Shown here in pieces: positions 1 to 9,520 of a stretch of 64,000 nucleotides of DNA. The first letter of the stretch is position 1. Every line of letters begins with the position of its first letter. The stretch comes from an uncultured Nitrospiraceae bacterium (GTDB lineage Bacteria; Nitrospirota; Thermodesulfovibrionia; Thermodesulfovibrionales; Dissulfurispiraceae). The notes beneath the pieces were generated by a model. It was not told where the DNA came from and searched no databases. It saw only the letters and a list, made by a program, of their open reading frames with translations. Position numbers and translations under genes: made by a program. Where the stretch lies: NCBI GenBank assembly GCA_963705105.1, contig CAVPIW010000006.1, positions 192,001-256,000 of the forward strand, read 5' to 3'.

Positions 1-578
1 GTCATTTCTCCGACCTCGATGGTCTGCTGCACCCTGTTGATCTTCTTCAGCCCTTTTTCCTGGATAAGGTCATAGAGATGGATGTGGCAGACGTCGTCGG
101 TCTCGATATCGGGGACAAGTGAAGGAGGGATGAACATCTCTTCGATGAAGACCGGTTCCTTCTCCAGGATGCCCCGGCAAAGGACGTAGTAGATCTCCTT
201 TTCGGCCCTGAAGAAGGGGGCGATGTCGTCGGCCGTCTTCCTGATTCCTTTCGACACGAGTTCCCGGGTGATCTCGTCTTCATCACTGAAGATGCCGTCT
301 GTCAGCTTCGTCTTGAAGAACCCCTGGTGGGTGATGGAGTGGAGGACGAAGGTCCCCTTTCCCTGCTGCCTTCTGACATAACCGTACCGGACAAGCTCGG
401 AGACGGCGAGCCTCACTGTCGCCTTGCTCACATCGAAGATCCGGCACAGCTCGTCTTCCGACGGGATGTGCATGCCCGAGGCCCATTCCCCCTTTTCGAT
501 CTTTCCCTTGATGATATTGTAGATCTGGACATAAAGCTTTTCGGGACTCTCCCTATCAATCGCTTCTTCGATTATCAT
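1..578 (-). CDS. GntR-family (HutC/UTRA-type) transcriptional regulator, 3' end outside window
   Basis: Manual translation from ATG at 578: MIIEEAIDRESPEKLYVQIYNIIKGKIEKGEWASGMHIPSEDELCRIFDVSKATVRLAVSELVRYGYVRRQQGKGTFV, a classic GntR winged HTH; absent from the ORF track because it runs off the window edge. Confidence 0.9.
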   Translation of the reverse strand, partial: MIIEEAIDRESPEKLYVQIYNIIKGKIEKGEWASGMHIPSEDELCRIFDVSKATVRLAVSELVRYGYVRRQQGKGTFVLHSITHQGFFKTKLTDGIFSDEDEITRELVSKGIRKTADDIAPFFRAEKEIYYVLCRGILEKEPVFIEEMFIPPSLVPDIETDDVCHIHLYDLIQEKGLKKINRVQQTIEVGEM

Positions 579-595
579 AAGGTTATCCTTTTCGG

Positions 596-607
596 TCATT
601 ATAATGA
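596..607. promoter_or_regulatory. Perfect palindrome TCATTATAATGA, candidate GntR autoregulatory operator
   Basis: 12-bp palindrome about 18 bp upstream of the GntR start codon. Confidence 0.45.
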
Positions 608-805
608 TATATTGAGCAATATGCGTGCCACATTTCGATTGCTCTGGATTATCAAAAGGTTTGTCAGGAGGGAATGTCTGCCAGGGGCGCTGTTATGGCG
701 GCTGAGAGCACCTTTGCGATGCACCCCCCGGCACAGGGACGGGTGAAAGGCGCTGTATTTTAGAGATTCAAGTGCAACAAAGAGTTGCTGCGCATAATGG
801 AGTTG

Positions 806-2089
806 CTATTTCATATGCTTTATCTTCCTCTGGAGCTGCTGCCGGTGGATGCCGAGGCTGTCCGCGGCCCTCGAAATGTTCCCCCGCGAGTCCTGCAGGG
901 CCGACCAGATGAGCTCCTTTTCCGCCGCTTCGAGAGTTTCCTTGAGCTTCGAGATGCGCCTGGGCGCCGGTGACTGCTGCAGGGCCGACGGGAGGTCCGC
1001 AGGGTAGATGAGGGGGGCGTTGGCAAAGGATATGGCCCGCTCAATGATGTTTTCGAGCTCCCTCACGTTGCCGGGATAGGAATAGTTCATCAGGATGGCG
1101 AGCGCATCATCCGAGATGCCCCTGATGAGAAGGTCTTTTCTTTTCGCCGCGTGTTTGACGATGAAGTGGTCCACGAGCAGAGGGATGTCTTCCATGCGCT
1201 CTCTGAGCGGGGGGAGGTGGATGTTGATGACGTTCAGCCTGTAATAGAGGTCTTCCCTGAAGGTCCCTTTCTTCTTTGCCGTTTTGAGGTCCCTGTTCGT
1301 CGCGGCGAGGATACGCACGTCGACCGTGATGGGTTTCATCCCGCCGATCCTCATGATTTCGCCTTCCTGGATGACCCGCAGGACCTTGATCTGGAAAAGA
1401 GGGGACACGTCGCCGATCTCGTCGAGGAGGACGGTGCCGCCGTCGGCCAGTTCGAGAATGCCCTTCTTGGTGTAGTTGGCCCCCGTGAACGCGCCCTTTT
1501 CGAAGCCGAAGAGCTCCGATTCGAGGAGGGTGTCGGGGATGGCGCTGCAGTTGATGGTCATGAAGGCCCGGTCTTTCCGGGGGCTCCAGCGGTGAATCGC
1601 CTGGGCCACCGGTTCTTTGCCCGTGCCGCTCTCGCCGGTGATGAGGACGGTGCTCTCGCTCATCGCCGCCTTCCGGATGAGGCCGAAGACCTCCTGCATC
1701 GGTCTGCTCATGCCGACGATCTCGTCAAGACCGGTAGGATTGTCGTTTGTGCTCTGTCCGAACCCGGTGAGGACTGCGCGGAGCGATGTGAGTGAGAGGG
1801 GCTTGTCGGCATAATCGGCTGCGCCGAGTTTCATCGCCTCCACACACCGCCTGATGTCGGCCCGCGAGAAGGCGATCACCGGGAGGTGCGTCCTCAGCTC
1901 GATCATCCGCCTCTGCCATTCATCCCTGTCGATGTCGAGGATGGCCACATCATAGCGGTTGAGCTTCGGCGGCTTCGCCTGCGCCCCGCTGTCTCCGGTG
2001 TCGGCGACGACATCGATGGACAAGCCGGGGGACTTGCCGGGGATGGAGACGGCGCCGGGGTCGTCTGTCACGATGAGCACATGGAGCAT
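806..2089 (-). CDS. Sigma-54-dependent (NtrC/AtoC-type) transcriptional regulator: receiver-like N-terminus, AAA+, Fis HTH
   Basis: GESGTGKE Walker A, ESELFGFEKGAFTGA, LLDEIG, YPGNVRELEN, C-terminal GNISRAADSLGI. Confidence 0.93.
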   Translation of the reverse strand: MLHVLIVTDDPGAVSIPGKSPGLSIDVVADTGDSGAQAKPPKLNRYDVAILDIDRDEWQRRMIELRTHLPVIAFSRADIRRCVEAMKLGAADYADKPLSLTSLRAVLTGFGQSTNDNPTGLDEIVGMSRPMQEVFGLIRKAAMSESTVLITGESGTGKEPVAQAIHRWSPRKDRAFMTINCSAIPDTLLESELFGFEKGAFTGANYTKKGILELADGGTVLLDEIGDVSPLFQIKVLRVIQEGEIMRIGGMKPITVDVRILAATNRDLKTAKKKGTFREDLYYRLNVINIHLPPLRERMEDIPLLVDHFIVKHAAKRKDLLIRGISDDALAILMNYSYPGNVRELENIIERAISFANAPLIYPADLPSALQQSPAPRRISKLKETLEAAEKELIWSALQDSRGNISRAADSLGIHRQQLQRKIKHMK

Positions 2090-2112
2090 GGTCGTTCATT
2101 ATACAATAAAGA

Positions 2113-2326
2113 CAGTGTGAGTGTGAGTGTCAGTGTCAGTGAAAGAAAGACAGGAAGAACAGTGTGAGTGTGAGTGTCAGTGTCAGGAAGACAGGAGGAA
2201 CAGTGTGAGTGTGAGTGACAGTGTGAGTGAAGGGAAGACAGGAAGAACAGTGTGAGTGTGAGTGTCAGTGTCAGTGAAAGGAAGACAGGAAGAACAGTGT
2301 GAGTGTGAGTGTCAGTGTCAGTGAAA
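2113..2326 (+). repeat. Higher-order tandem repeat: 5 blocks of (C/G)AGTGT hexamers with 4 near-identical purine-rich linkers (unit 41-47 bp)
   Basis: CAGTGTGAGTGTGAGTGTCAGTGTCAGTGAAAG(A/G)AAGACAGGAAGAA repeated. Confidence 0.95.
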
Positions 2327-2358
2327 TCGGATAGCAAATTAACGCGTTCCCTGGCAGA

Positions 2359-2463
2359 GCCACGGTCAGTTTATAGTGCTGTCATTCCGGCTTGTCCGGA
2401 ATCTTTCTTTTTTCAGACGGATTCCCGACGCCCCCGCATCAAGTGCGGGGTTGCGGCAATGAC
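2359..2463 (+). repeat. REP-like palindromic element, family 2 (GCCACGGTCA...GTCATTCCGGCTTG...TTGCGGCAATGAC)
   Basis: GTCATT/AATGAC closing stem with internal hairpins; homologous to 9521-9644 and 47132-47185. Confidence 0.75.
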
Positions 2464-2567
2464 AACATGAGAGGTGGTCCCCACTGACACTCGCACTCAG
2501 ACTCACACTGACACTGACACTCACATTGATACCGTGGAGACTGGTATAATACTAAGTGAGGTAATAT

Positions 2568-5087
2568 GTGAGTCCCCTTTGGGCCGATCCGAAAGCAAGT
2601 TCGACCCTGTCGACGCGGGCGCTGAGCAAGCATGCCGTCGAATATCTGCGGCGTGACGGCACGGAGCGCCATTACCCGGCAGGATCGGTCATCGTCCAGC
2701 GCACAGAAACGCATCGTCCCTTTTATGTCATCCTGAAGGGACAGGTCGAGGTCCGCTACACGAGCGACGACGGACTCGTCCTCCGCCTCTCCCGCCTCGG
2801 ACCCCGGTCGACCTTCGGTGAAACGGCACTTCTCCGGAAGCACTTCGAGGCCTCCGAGGTCATTGCCATAACAGACGTCGACGTCCTCGTCTATCCCGCC
2901 GAAAAATTTCATCAGGCCGTCGAGGAAAACGAAGAGCTGCAAACCTATCTGCTCTCTCAGCTCGCGGGCAACCTCCATCACATGAGGTCGCTGGCGTGGC
3001 GTTTCTACCGCCGCACAAAGGCCCTCGACCGCCTTGTCATGTCCGATTACACGAAGGAGCCGATCATCGCCTTCTCGCGGAGGATGCGCGCCCTGGAACA
3101 GCGGATCCCGGAGGTTGCGCAGAATGCCAGGCCCCTTCTGATCAGCGGAGAGGAGGGCACGGGCAAGTTCTTCATTGCGAAGAAAGTCTACGAGGCGATG
3201 GGGAATCCGCAGATGCCCTTCCTCGTCGTCGACTGTTCCAAACTGGAGGAAGGCAACGGGCACCATATCCTCTTCGGCACGGGAGCCCATGCCGACTCTT
3301 TCCATGCCGCCTTCGGCGCCGTCCACCTGGCCGAGGGTGGGGTCCTGGTACTTCGCAATATCGACGCACTGGACAGGCAGAGCCAGGAACAACTCTCCCG
3401 TTACCTCTCGGAGATGACGTCCCGCACGTCCCGCTTCGCCCCCCGCATCATCGCGACGACGCAGGAGAAAATCCAGGAGCTTGTGCAGTCCGAGAAGTTC
3501 CCGGCGACGCTTGCCATGATCTTTTCGGGGAATGTGCTGCAGGTACCCGCCCTTGGCGAACGCAGATCCGATATCCTCCCCCTGGCCCGGCACATCCTTT
3601 CATCACGGCGCGGCCGCGATGCGTCAGGGGAACTGACGCCGGAAGCCGAGGCCCTTCTGTTCTCCTTGCGCTTCCAGCACAAAAACGTGACGGAGCTGAA
3701 AGAGACGATCAACCTCGCCGACTTCCTCTCCGAAGGCGGCATGATCCGCCCCGAACACCTGTCCGCCGGGCCTGCCGATGAGCGGATGCTCGAATTCGAC
3801 CTCTTCAGGTTCCGGTGGGTCCGGTGGCTCATCAGTCCCCGTACGCTCAGCGTCCTCCGGTATCTCACTCTCGCTGTTTTCCTCGGCGTCGTGGGGCTGA
3901 CGCTTTTCTTCCCTGACACCCCCGCGGGAGAGACGGCGAACAGGCTGATCTGGAGCTTCTGGGAGCCCGCGCTCGTTGTCGCATTCCTGCTGTCGGGACG
4001 TCTCTGGTGCACCATATGCCCCTTGTCCACGGCGGACAACGTGCTGCAGAGGCTTGGTTCCCTCGGACGCGCCGCCCCGGCCTTCATCAGGAAGTACGGG
4101 ATCTTTTTCGCGATCATCGGGCTGGTGGCGATCATATGGAGCGAGCATGCCTTTCACATGACGGAGAAGCCTTTCGGGTCGGGCCTCCTGCTGCTGGCGC
4201 TCCTGGCGGGCGCCGTCATATTCGGACTGATCTATCAACGGCAGCATGTCTGGTGCCGGTACATCTGCCCCCTCGGCGTCTGGGGCGCCGCCTTTTCGGC
4301 CACCTCGTTCCTCCAGCTCCGGGCAAACCCGTCGGTCTGTTCGACGCGGTGCACGACCCAGGACTGCTACAAAGGGAACAAGGAACAGACGGGCTGTCCC
4401 ACTTTCCATCACCCCCTGTATACGAGCGACGGGTATGCCTGCAAGCTCTGTTTCAAGTGCATCTCCCTCTGTCCCTATGACTCCCCGCGGCTTTATATCA
4501 GGCCCCTGCTCCGCGGCCTCTGGGGGCTGGGCAGCCTGAACGGGGTCCTCATCCCCTTCAATCTCTCCCTTTTCGCCTTTTCCCTTGCCATGCTCGCGTC
4601 ATGGCACGGGCGCTGGCTGTCGACGCCCCTCGGTCTCGCCGTCGGGGCGGCCGTTGCAGTGGCCGCCGCGTATCTCTTCCAGCGGACCCTGCCCCACCTG
4701 CTCAGCGCGGAAACGGAGCGCGACCCTTCCATCACGGCGCGGATCGCCTTCGCCTTTCTGGTGCTCGCCTGGGGCCCTCTCTTTGCGTACCAGATCGAGA
4801 ACATCCCCATACTCCCGAGCCTGACCGTCCATGCCATCGAGGGGTCCCCCTGGGGCGCTTACCTTCCTGACCCGGGCATCAGCTTCCTGGGACTCACGCA
4901 GGCGCTGATCATCCTCTTTGCCGCCAGCCTCTCCTTCGTCTGTTTCGTCGAGATCCGGGCCCGCCTGACCCGGCTGGGGGTCGAACTGTCACGCAGGGCC
5001 TGGAAGCTCTTCGCCCTTATTTTCTCCGTCTATATCGTGCTGGCGCTCCTCATCGTCGTCATGCATGAAATCCGCCATCCGGGGTGA
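2568..5087 (+). CDS. cNMP-binding + degenerate sigma-54-type AAA+ + membrane 4Fe-4S (NapH/Fer4_5-like) multidomain protein
   Basis: FGETALL cNMP motif; GEEGTGK Walker A without GAFTGA; many TM helices; WCTICP, WCRYICP and CKLCFKCISLCP motifs. Confidence 0.82.
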   Translation: MSPLWADPKASSTLSTRALSKHAVEYLRRDGTERHYPAGSVIVQRTETHRPFYVILKGQVEVRYTSDDGLVLRLSRLGPRSTFGETALLRKHFEASEVIAITDVDVLVYPAEKFHQAVEENEELQTYLLSQLAGNLHHMRSLAWRFYRRTKALDRLVMSDYTKEPIIAFSRRMRALEQRIPEVAQNARPLLISGEEGTGKFFIAKKVYEAMGNPQMPFLVVDCSKLEEGNGHHILFGTGAHADSFHAAFGAVHLAEGGVLVLRNIDALDRQSQEQLSRYLSEMTSRTSRFAPRIIATTQEKIQELVQSEKFPATLAMIFSGNVLQVPALGERRSDILPLARHILSSRRGRDASGELTPEAEALLFSLRFQHKNVTELKETINLADFLSEGGMIRPEHLSAGPADERMLEFDLFRFRWVRWLISPRTLSVLRYLTLAVFLGVVGLTLFFPDTPAGETANRLIWSFWEPALVVAFLLSGRLWCTICPLSTADNVLQRLGSLGRAAPAFIRKYGIFFAIIGLVAIIWSEHAFHMTEKPFGSGLLLLALLAGAVIFGLIYQRQHVWCRYICPLGVWGAAFSATSFLQLRANPSVCSTRCTTQDCYKGNKEQTGCPTFHHPLYTSDGYACKLCFKCISLCPYDSPRLYIRPLLRGLWGLGSLNGVLIPFNLSLFAFSLAMLASWHGRWLSTPLGLAVGAAVAVAAAYLFQRTLPHLLSAETERDPSITARIAFAFLVLAWGPLFAYQIENIPILPSLTVHAIEGSPWGAYLPDPGISFLGLTQALIILFAASLSFVCFVEIRARLTRLGVELSRRAWKLFALIFSVYIVLALLIVVMHEIRHPG

Positions 5088-5096
5088 CGCAAACCA

Positions 5097-5849
5097 CTAT
5101 TTCTCCATCGCCTCTCTCAGCATTGCATAAACTTCCCTGTGGCCATGTTCCAATGCGATGTCAGCCGCCGTTTTGCCGTTTTTCGCCCTGACCTTCACGT
5201 CTGCGCCTTTGCCGATGAGCAGTTCCGCACACTCCGCACAACCGTTGCCTGCCGTCATGTACAGCGCCGTCTGTCCCTCCTTGTCTTTTGCATTTACGTC
5301 GGCGCCCTTCTCGATGAGCAGCCGCACCATATCGATCCTGCAATTGAACGCCGGCCGGTGCAGAGTCGTCTGGCCGAGCTTGTCCCTCTCGTTCACCTTC
5401 GCTCCTTTTTCGATCAGATAGCGGACGAGATCGAGAGCGGTCTCTGCTGAGAAGTAATCGTTTGCTGCCTCATGGAGCGGTGTTGCACCGAGGCTGTTCT
5501 TGGCGTTCACGTTTGCCCCTTTGCTGACGAGGAGGGAGACGATGTCGGCATAGCCCCGGTATGAAGCCGCATGCAGGGCCGTATTCCCCGAGGCGCTTTG
5601 GATGTTCACCTTTGCGCCCTTTTCGATGAGAAGACGGGCGATGTCGAGGTGGCCCATCGCTATCGCGTAGTGCAGAGCCGATTCCTTCTCCGCACCTCTT
5701 ACATTGATGTCCGCGCCTTTCTTGATCAGCGTGCGGACGGCATCGATGTCACCATAGCCGACGGCATCGATCAGCGAAGCCGCCGGGGCCGGGACCACCG
5801 ACAAAACGATGACAACTGCGCACAGGATAACGACACACAACGATTTCAT
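5097..5849 (-). CDS. Secreted ankyrin-repeat protein
   Basis: Signal peptide MKSLCVVIL...APAA followed by repeated TALHxA...LLIEKGAxVN ankyrin motifs. Confidence 0.92.
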   Translation of the reverse strand: MKSLCVVILCAVVIVLSVVPAPAASLIDAVGYGDIDAVRTLIKKGADINVRGAEKESALHYAIAMGHLDIARLLIEKGAKVNIQSASGNTALHAASYRGYADIVSLLVSKGANVNAKNSLGATPLHEAANDYFSAETALDLVRYLIEKGAKVNERDKLGQTTLHRPAFNCRIDMVRLLIEKGADVNAKDKEGQTALYMTAGNGCAECAELLIGKGADVKVRAKNGKTAADIALEHGHREVYAMLREAMEK

Positions 5850-6001
5850 GGGACACCTCCGGAGGATGAATTTAGATACAGAAGGTACTATACCGATTGA
5901 GAAAAGTCTTGGCAATTGTTGCGATAGGGGCCGGTTTGTTCCGGATTTGTATGAGCCTGCGTCGAAATCATTTATAATACTGATACGGTTGGTGAGGTTG
6001 C

Positions 6002-6184
6002 GTGAAATTCAGCGAACTCGTAAGATTGTTGGAAGAAAACGGCTTTAAGATCCTGAAAGAGAAAGGATCAATTCGCTATTATATGAAACCAGGCTGGGAC
6101 AGGCTCATTCGGGTTGACTTCCATGGCTCGAAGGAGGTGCCTACAGGCACGTGTCATGCCATTCTGAAAGCTGCCGGACTGTAA
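6002..6184 (+). CDS. hicA: HicA-family toxin (variant)
   Basis: MKFSELVRLLEENGF...EKGS...HGSKEVPTGTCHAILKAAGL HicA pattern; upstream of a HicB-like gene. Confidence 0.8.
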   Translation: MKFSELVRLLEENGFKILKEKGSIRYYMKPGWDRLIRVDFHGSKEVPTGTCHAILKAAGL

Positions 6185-6215
6185 AGAAGAAGCATAATCG
6201 TAACGGAGATGATAA

Positions 6216-6461
6216 ATGATCGAGCTGCCATACTCCTTGGTTATTGAAGCAACGGTGGAACCGGATTATTTCGGTTTCTATTCCCCCGAACTTGAAGGTT
6301 TCTCAGGCATCGGGCACTCCATTGAAGACTGCCTGTATAAGGCCAAATGGGGAATGGCCGAACACGTAGACCTTTTGAAAGACCAGGGCCTTCCTGTGCC
6401 ACCCGTAAATAATAACCCGAAAATAATCATTCAGAACGAACAGACGGCAAAGGCTGCATGA
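6216..6461 (+). CDS. hicB: HicB-family antitoxin
   Basis: YSLVIE...YSPELEGFSGIGHSIEDCL...GLPVP HicB-like pattern. Confidence 0.8.
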   Translation: MIELPYSLVIEATVEPDYFGFYSPELEGFSGIGHSIEDCLYKAKWGMAEHVDLLKDQGLPVPPVNNNPKIIIQNEQTAKAA

Positions 6462-6616
6462 GCCACGGCGCTCGTGGCAGGGGCATATGTGGAAGAGACG
6501 AGGTTCCGGATCAATTCAGCGGATCAGCCCGAATGGGCATGATACTCGTTGACTCATGCGAAACTTTGACTCTGTGATGACTTCACACTGCTTGATTGCT
6601 TGAGAATTTCTTCACA

Positions 6617-6701
6617 GCCGGAGTGGCGGAACTGGCAGACGCAAGGGACTTAAAATCCCTCGCTCCTTGCGGGCATACGGGTTCGACCCCCGTCTCCGGC
6701 A
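6617..6701 (+). tRNA. tRNA-Leu (anticodon TAA)
   Basis: GCCGGAG acceptor stem, GGCAGAC D-loop, AGGGA-CT TAA AA-TCCCT anticodon arm, long variable arm, GGTTCGAC T-loop; CCA not encoded. Confidence 0.95.
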
Positions 6702-6769
6702 TTATATTTCAATGGATATGGTCCCTCTTCATCGTGAGGGTGAGTGCCGGCAGGCATGAAAAAAAGCAC

Positions 6770-6952
6770 ACTATTCTGGTAATGCCGGGATATCCGTCAA
6801 AGCCCGCGTCGAAACTCATGATCGAATGAATGCCCTGTCGCTCCATGACGGCCAGGTGGAGCGCGTCCCTGGCAGAGATGTGCTGAGAGCCTGCCAAAAT
6901 ATCTTTCGCGCGGTTGACATCCGTCAGTTCGACGGCAAAGACATTGTCGACA
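6770..6952 (-). pseudogene. C-terminal remnant of a PIN-domain (VapC-like) toxin
   Basis: VDNVFAVELTDVNRAKDIL...SARDALHLAVM...IMSFDAGFD; N-terminal half absent and an in-frame stop lies just upstream. Confidence 0.72.
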
Positions 6953-7276
6953 TTTACGGTATCCCCGGGATAAAACCAGATACCCTCCTCTCACCATTCC
7001 CCATTGACACCACATCTGTATTTCAGCAGTCTCTCTCATGGAAGAAGCCGTCTTCAGGCGCCTATGCCAGAGGCGGCATGTGCCGTATGAAGAAGGCTGA
7101 TAAGTCAGGGCAGGCTTGTTTCACCAATCAGAGCAATTCGCAAGTCTGACCCTGAGACCCTGACGAATGCCGTTTTTCATCGGCTGACAGGCAAAGCAAA
7201 TTAATGGAGCGCTGTCCCACTGAAATTAATTATGGTTTACTTTAAGTTCGATATAAAGTATTATATATTTATCTAT

Positions 7277-8497
7277 ATGGACGGGAAGATCTACAAACGG
7301 GATATAGTTGCCGAGATAGACAGATATCTCACTACTGATGATGTCATTGTCCTGCACGGGGCACGGCAGGTGGGAAAGACGTCGCTGATGCGCTATCTCG
7401 AGGCTGAACTGAAAGCCAAAGGGGAAAAGACCCTCTTCATCGACCTCGAAGACTCCAGGTATGTGAAGGTACTCGACGCGGGGACCGGGGAGTTTCTGAA
7501 GCTGCTGGAAGAGGAGGGCGCGAGGACTGTCCATCCTGAGAGGAAGGTTTATGTCTTCATAGATGAGATACAGTATCTGTCCGACCCTTCGTCGTTTCTC
7601 AAGCTGATTGCGGACCATCAAAAGTCAATCAAGCTGATCGTATCGGGCTCGTCGAGCTTTGCCATCAAGTCCCGCTTCAGGGATTCCCTTGTCGGCAGAA
7701 CAGTCAATTTCGACATATTCAACCTTTCCTTCAGGGAGTTCCTGCTTTTCAAGGGCATAACGTTCCGGGAAGGAGCGGAAGACACGGCAAGGAAAACGGA
7801 GGAGTTGAAGCGCCTTTTCAGGCAGTACCTGCTCTATGGCGGCTATCCGAAGATCGTCCTGACACCCGAGGTGCAGATGAAGGAGAAATACCTGCAGCAG
7901 ATCATCGACACCTATGTGAAGAGGGACATCAGGGACCTGGCGAGCGTGAAGGACATAGAGAAATTCAATAAGCTCCTCGAAGCGCTCGCGGCCCAGAGCA
8001 GCCAGATGCTGAATGTCGCCGAACTGGCGGGAACGACCCGCATCGCGAAGCAGACAGTCGAGAAGTACCTGTTCATCATGGAAAACACCTATATCCTGAA
8101 GCTGGTCAGGCCTTTCAGCGGCAATATACGGTCGGAACTGTTCAAGATGCCCAAGATCTTCTTCTATGATACCGGCATCATGCAGATGCTCTGGCTGAAA
8201 GGCCTGCAGAAAGAGATCATCGGCAACGTTTTTGAGACCGCTGTCTTCAGCGAGCTGGTGAAAAAATACGGAAAGGAAGCGGTCTATTACTGGAGGACGA
8301 AAGACAAAAAGGAAATAGATTTCGTCCTGAGGATAAAGAGAGACGTCCTGCCCGTTGAGGCGAAACTTAACTTCGGTCAGTTCAAGACGACGGCCATCAA
8401 CTATTTCAGGGAGAGATACGGTATAGACCGGTACGTTGTCGCCGGCCTGGAAGGGGAGCGGAAGAACGAATTCCAAGTGTATCCGTGGCGCCTCTGA
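7277..8497 (+). CDS. AAA+ ATPase (AAA_14) with DUF4143 C-terminus
   Basis: GARQVGKT, FIDEIQ, SGSSS, YGGYP, KIFFYDTG, EIDFV...VEAK. Confidence 0.9.
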   Translation: MDGKIYKRDIVAEIDRYLTTDDVIVLHGARQVGKTSLMRYLEAELKAKGEKTLFIDLEDSRYVKVLDAGTGEFLKLLEEEGARTVHPERKVYVFIDEIQYLSDPSSFLKLIADHQKSIKLIVSGSSSFAIKSRFRDSLVGRTVNFDIFNLSFREFLLFKGITFREGAEDTARKTEELKRLFRQYLLYGGYPKIVLTPEVQMKEKYLQQIIDTYVKRDIRDLASVKDIEKFNKLLEALAAQSSQMLNVAELAGTTRIAKQTVEKYLFIMENTYILKLVRPFSGNIRSELFKMPKIFFYDTGIMQMLWLKGLQKEIIGNVFETAVFSELVKKYGKEAVYYWRTKDKKEIDFVLRIKRDVLPVEAKLNFGQFKTTAINYFRERYGIDRYVVAGLEGERKNEFQVYPWRL

Positions 8498-8697
8498 AAG
8501 GCCTGTTCCATCACGTTTTCCAATCATGTGCCGGTGCAGCTGATTCAACAGGCTGGTCGCCAGCATGACCATGTTAATGTTGCGATGCTCTGTCCACGTC
8601 TCCGATTCTCTGTTCCTGCGCAACTGCGCCATCCTGTATGCGGGAGGGGGAGCGAGGCCATCTCTCCGGGGGAAATGAGGCCGTTCCCGTCGCCGTC

Positions 8698-9153
8698 TCA
8701 TCGCGGCTCGGCAACGGTTGTCGGCGTGTCAACGACGCCGGCATAAAAGACGAGAATCTCAGCAGGATCATTCCCCTCGTTGATGCCGTAGTGCAACGTG
8801 TCGACCACCTCGATGATGGGATCTCCCGCCTTGAGATGCAGCTTCTTCCCTTCCGTCGTCACGACCGTGAGCCGCCCGCTTATCAGGACGCCGGCGTTTA
8901 TCACGGGGTGACGGTGCGCGTTGAGCAGGGCTCCCGCAGGTATGGTAATCCTCAGAATCGTGATCTCCGGCTGACCCTTTGGATAGGCAGGCAGCAGCGC
9001 TCCGTCCCAGCTTCGGGTCGTTTTCATGAGCTGTTCCCTGACGACCGGCGACCCCTCTCCCGCTTGCGTTCCGCTCCGAAACTGAGCACAGCCGGACTGC
9101 AGGAGCAGAATGACGGAAAGGGCCGCGAGGATTCGTATGGTTTGTTGCTTCAC
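8698..9153 (-). CDS. Cupin-domain lipoprotein
   Basis: Lipobox-like LLQSGC; cupin motif HRHP...G...EVVDTLHYG. Confidence 0.82.
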   Translation of the reverse strand: MKQQTIRILAALSVILLLQSGCAQFRSGTQAGEGSPVVREQLMKTTRSWDGALLPAYPKGQPEITILRITIPAGALLNAHRHPVINAGVLISGRLTVVTTEGKKLHLKAGDPIIEVVDTLHYGINEGNDPAEILVFYAGVVDTPTTVAEPR

Positions 9154-9488
9154 CGGCAGTCGCGCATCGGCTCACTGTCGATCTCGTGCACGCGGCCGTT
9201 GCGCATGTGTACTTTGGCGCAACTGCCGACCGTCAGGGGTCCCTCGGACAGATCGAATTGCGTCCCGGCGTCGGTCTTGAAGGTACGCCCGCCGATCACC
9301 CATTCACCATGCAGTGCCTTCTCCGGTCGTGATTGGACAATGCCGTAGAACTCCGACCGACTGTCGCCGTCGCCGCCGCGCTTGGCGAGCGCCATATCAG
9401 GTGCCACAATCAGCACCAGGGCAATGGTGAATACAAGTGCGCTGATAATGATGGTAGAGACTTTTACCTGATTTGTTGAAAGAAGCAT
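9150..9488 (-). CDS. Secreted protein, DUF5666-like
   Basis: Signal peptide; EFYGIV...WVIGGR...GSCAKV pattern; RBS GGAGG upstream. Confidence 0.6.
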   Translation of the reverse strand: MLLSTNQVKVSTIIISALVFTIALVLIVAPDMALAKRGGDGDSRSEFYGIVQSRPEKALHGEWVIGGRTFKTDAGTQFDLSEGPLTVGSCAKVHMRNGRVHEIDSEPMRDCR

Positions 9489-9520
9489 TTTCGATCCTCC
9501 TTCCTGAGTTCATTTGTAAA

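Noticed and set aside
2113..2326. CRISPR array
   Set aside because: Would-be spacers are short and nearly identical, the repeat is a simple hexamer run, and there are no cas genes; the same applies to 13088-13318
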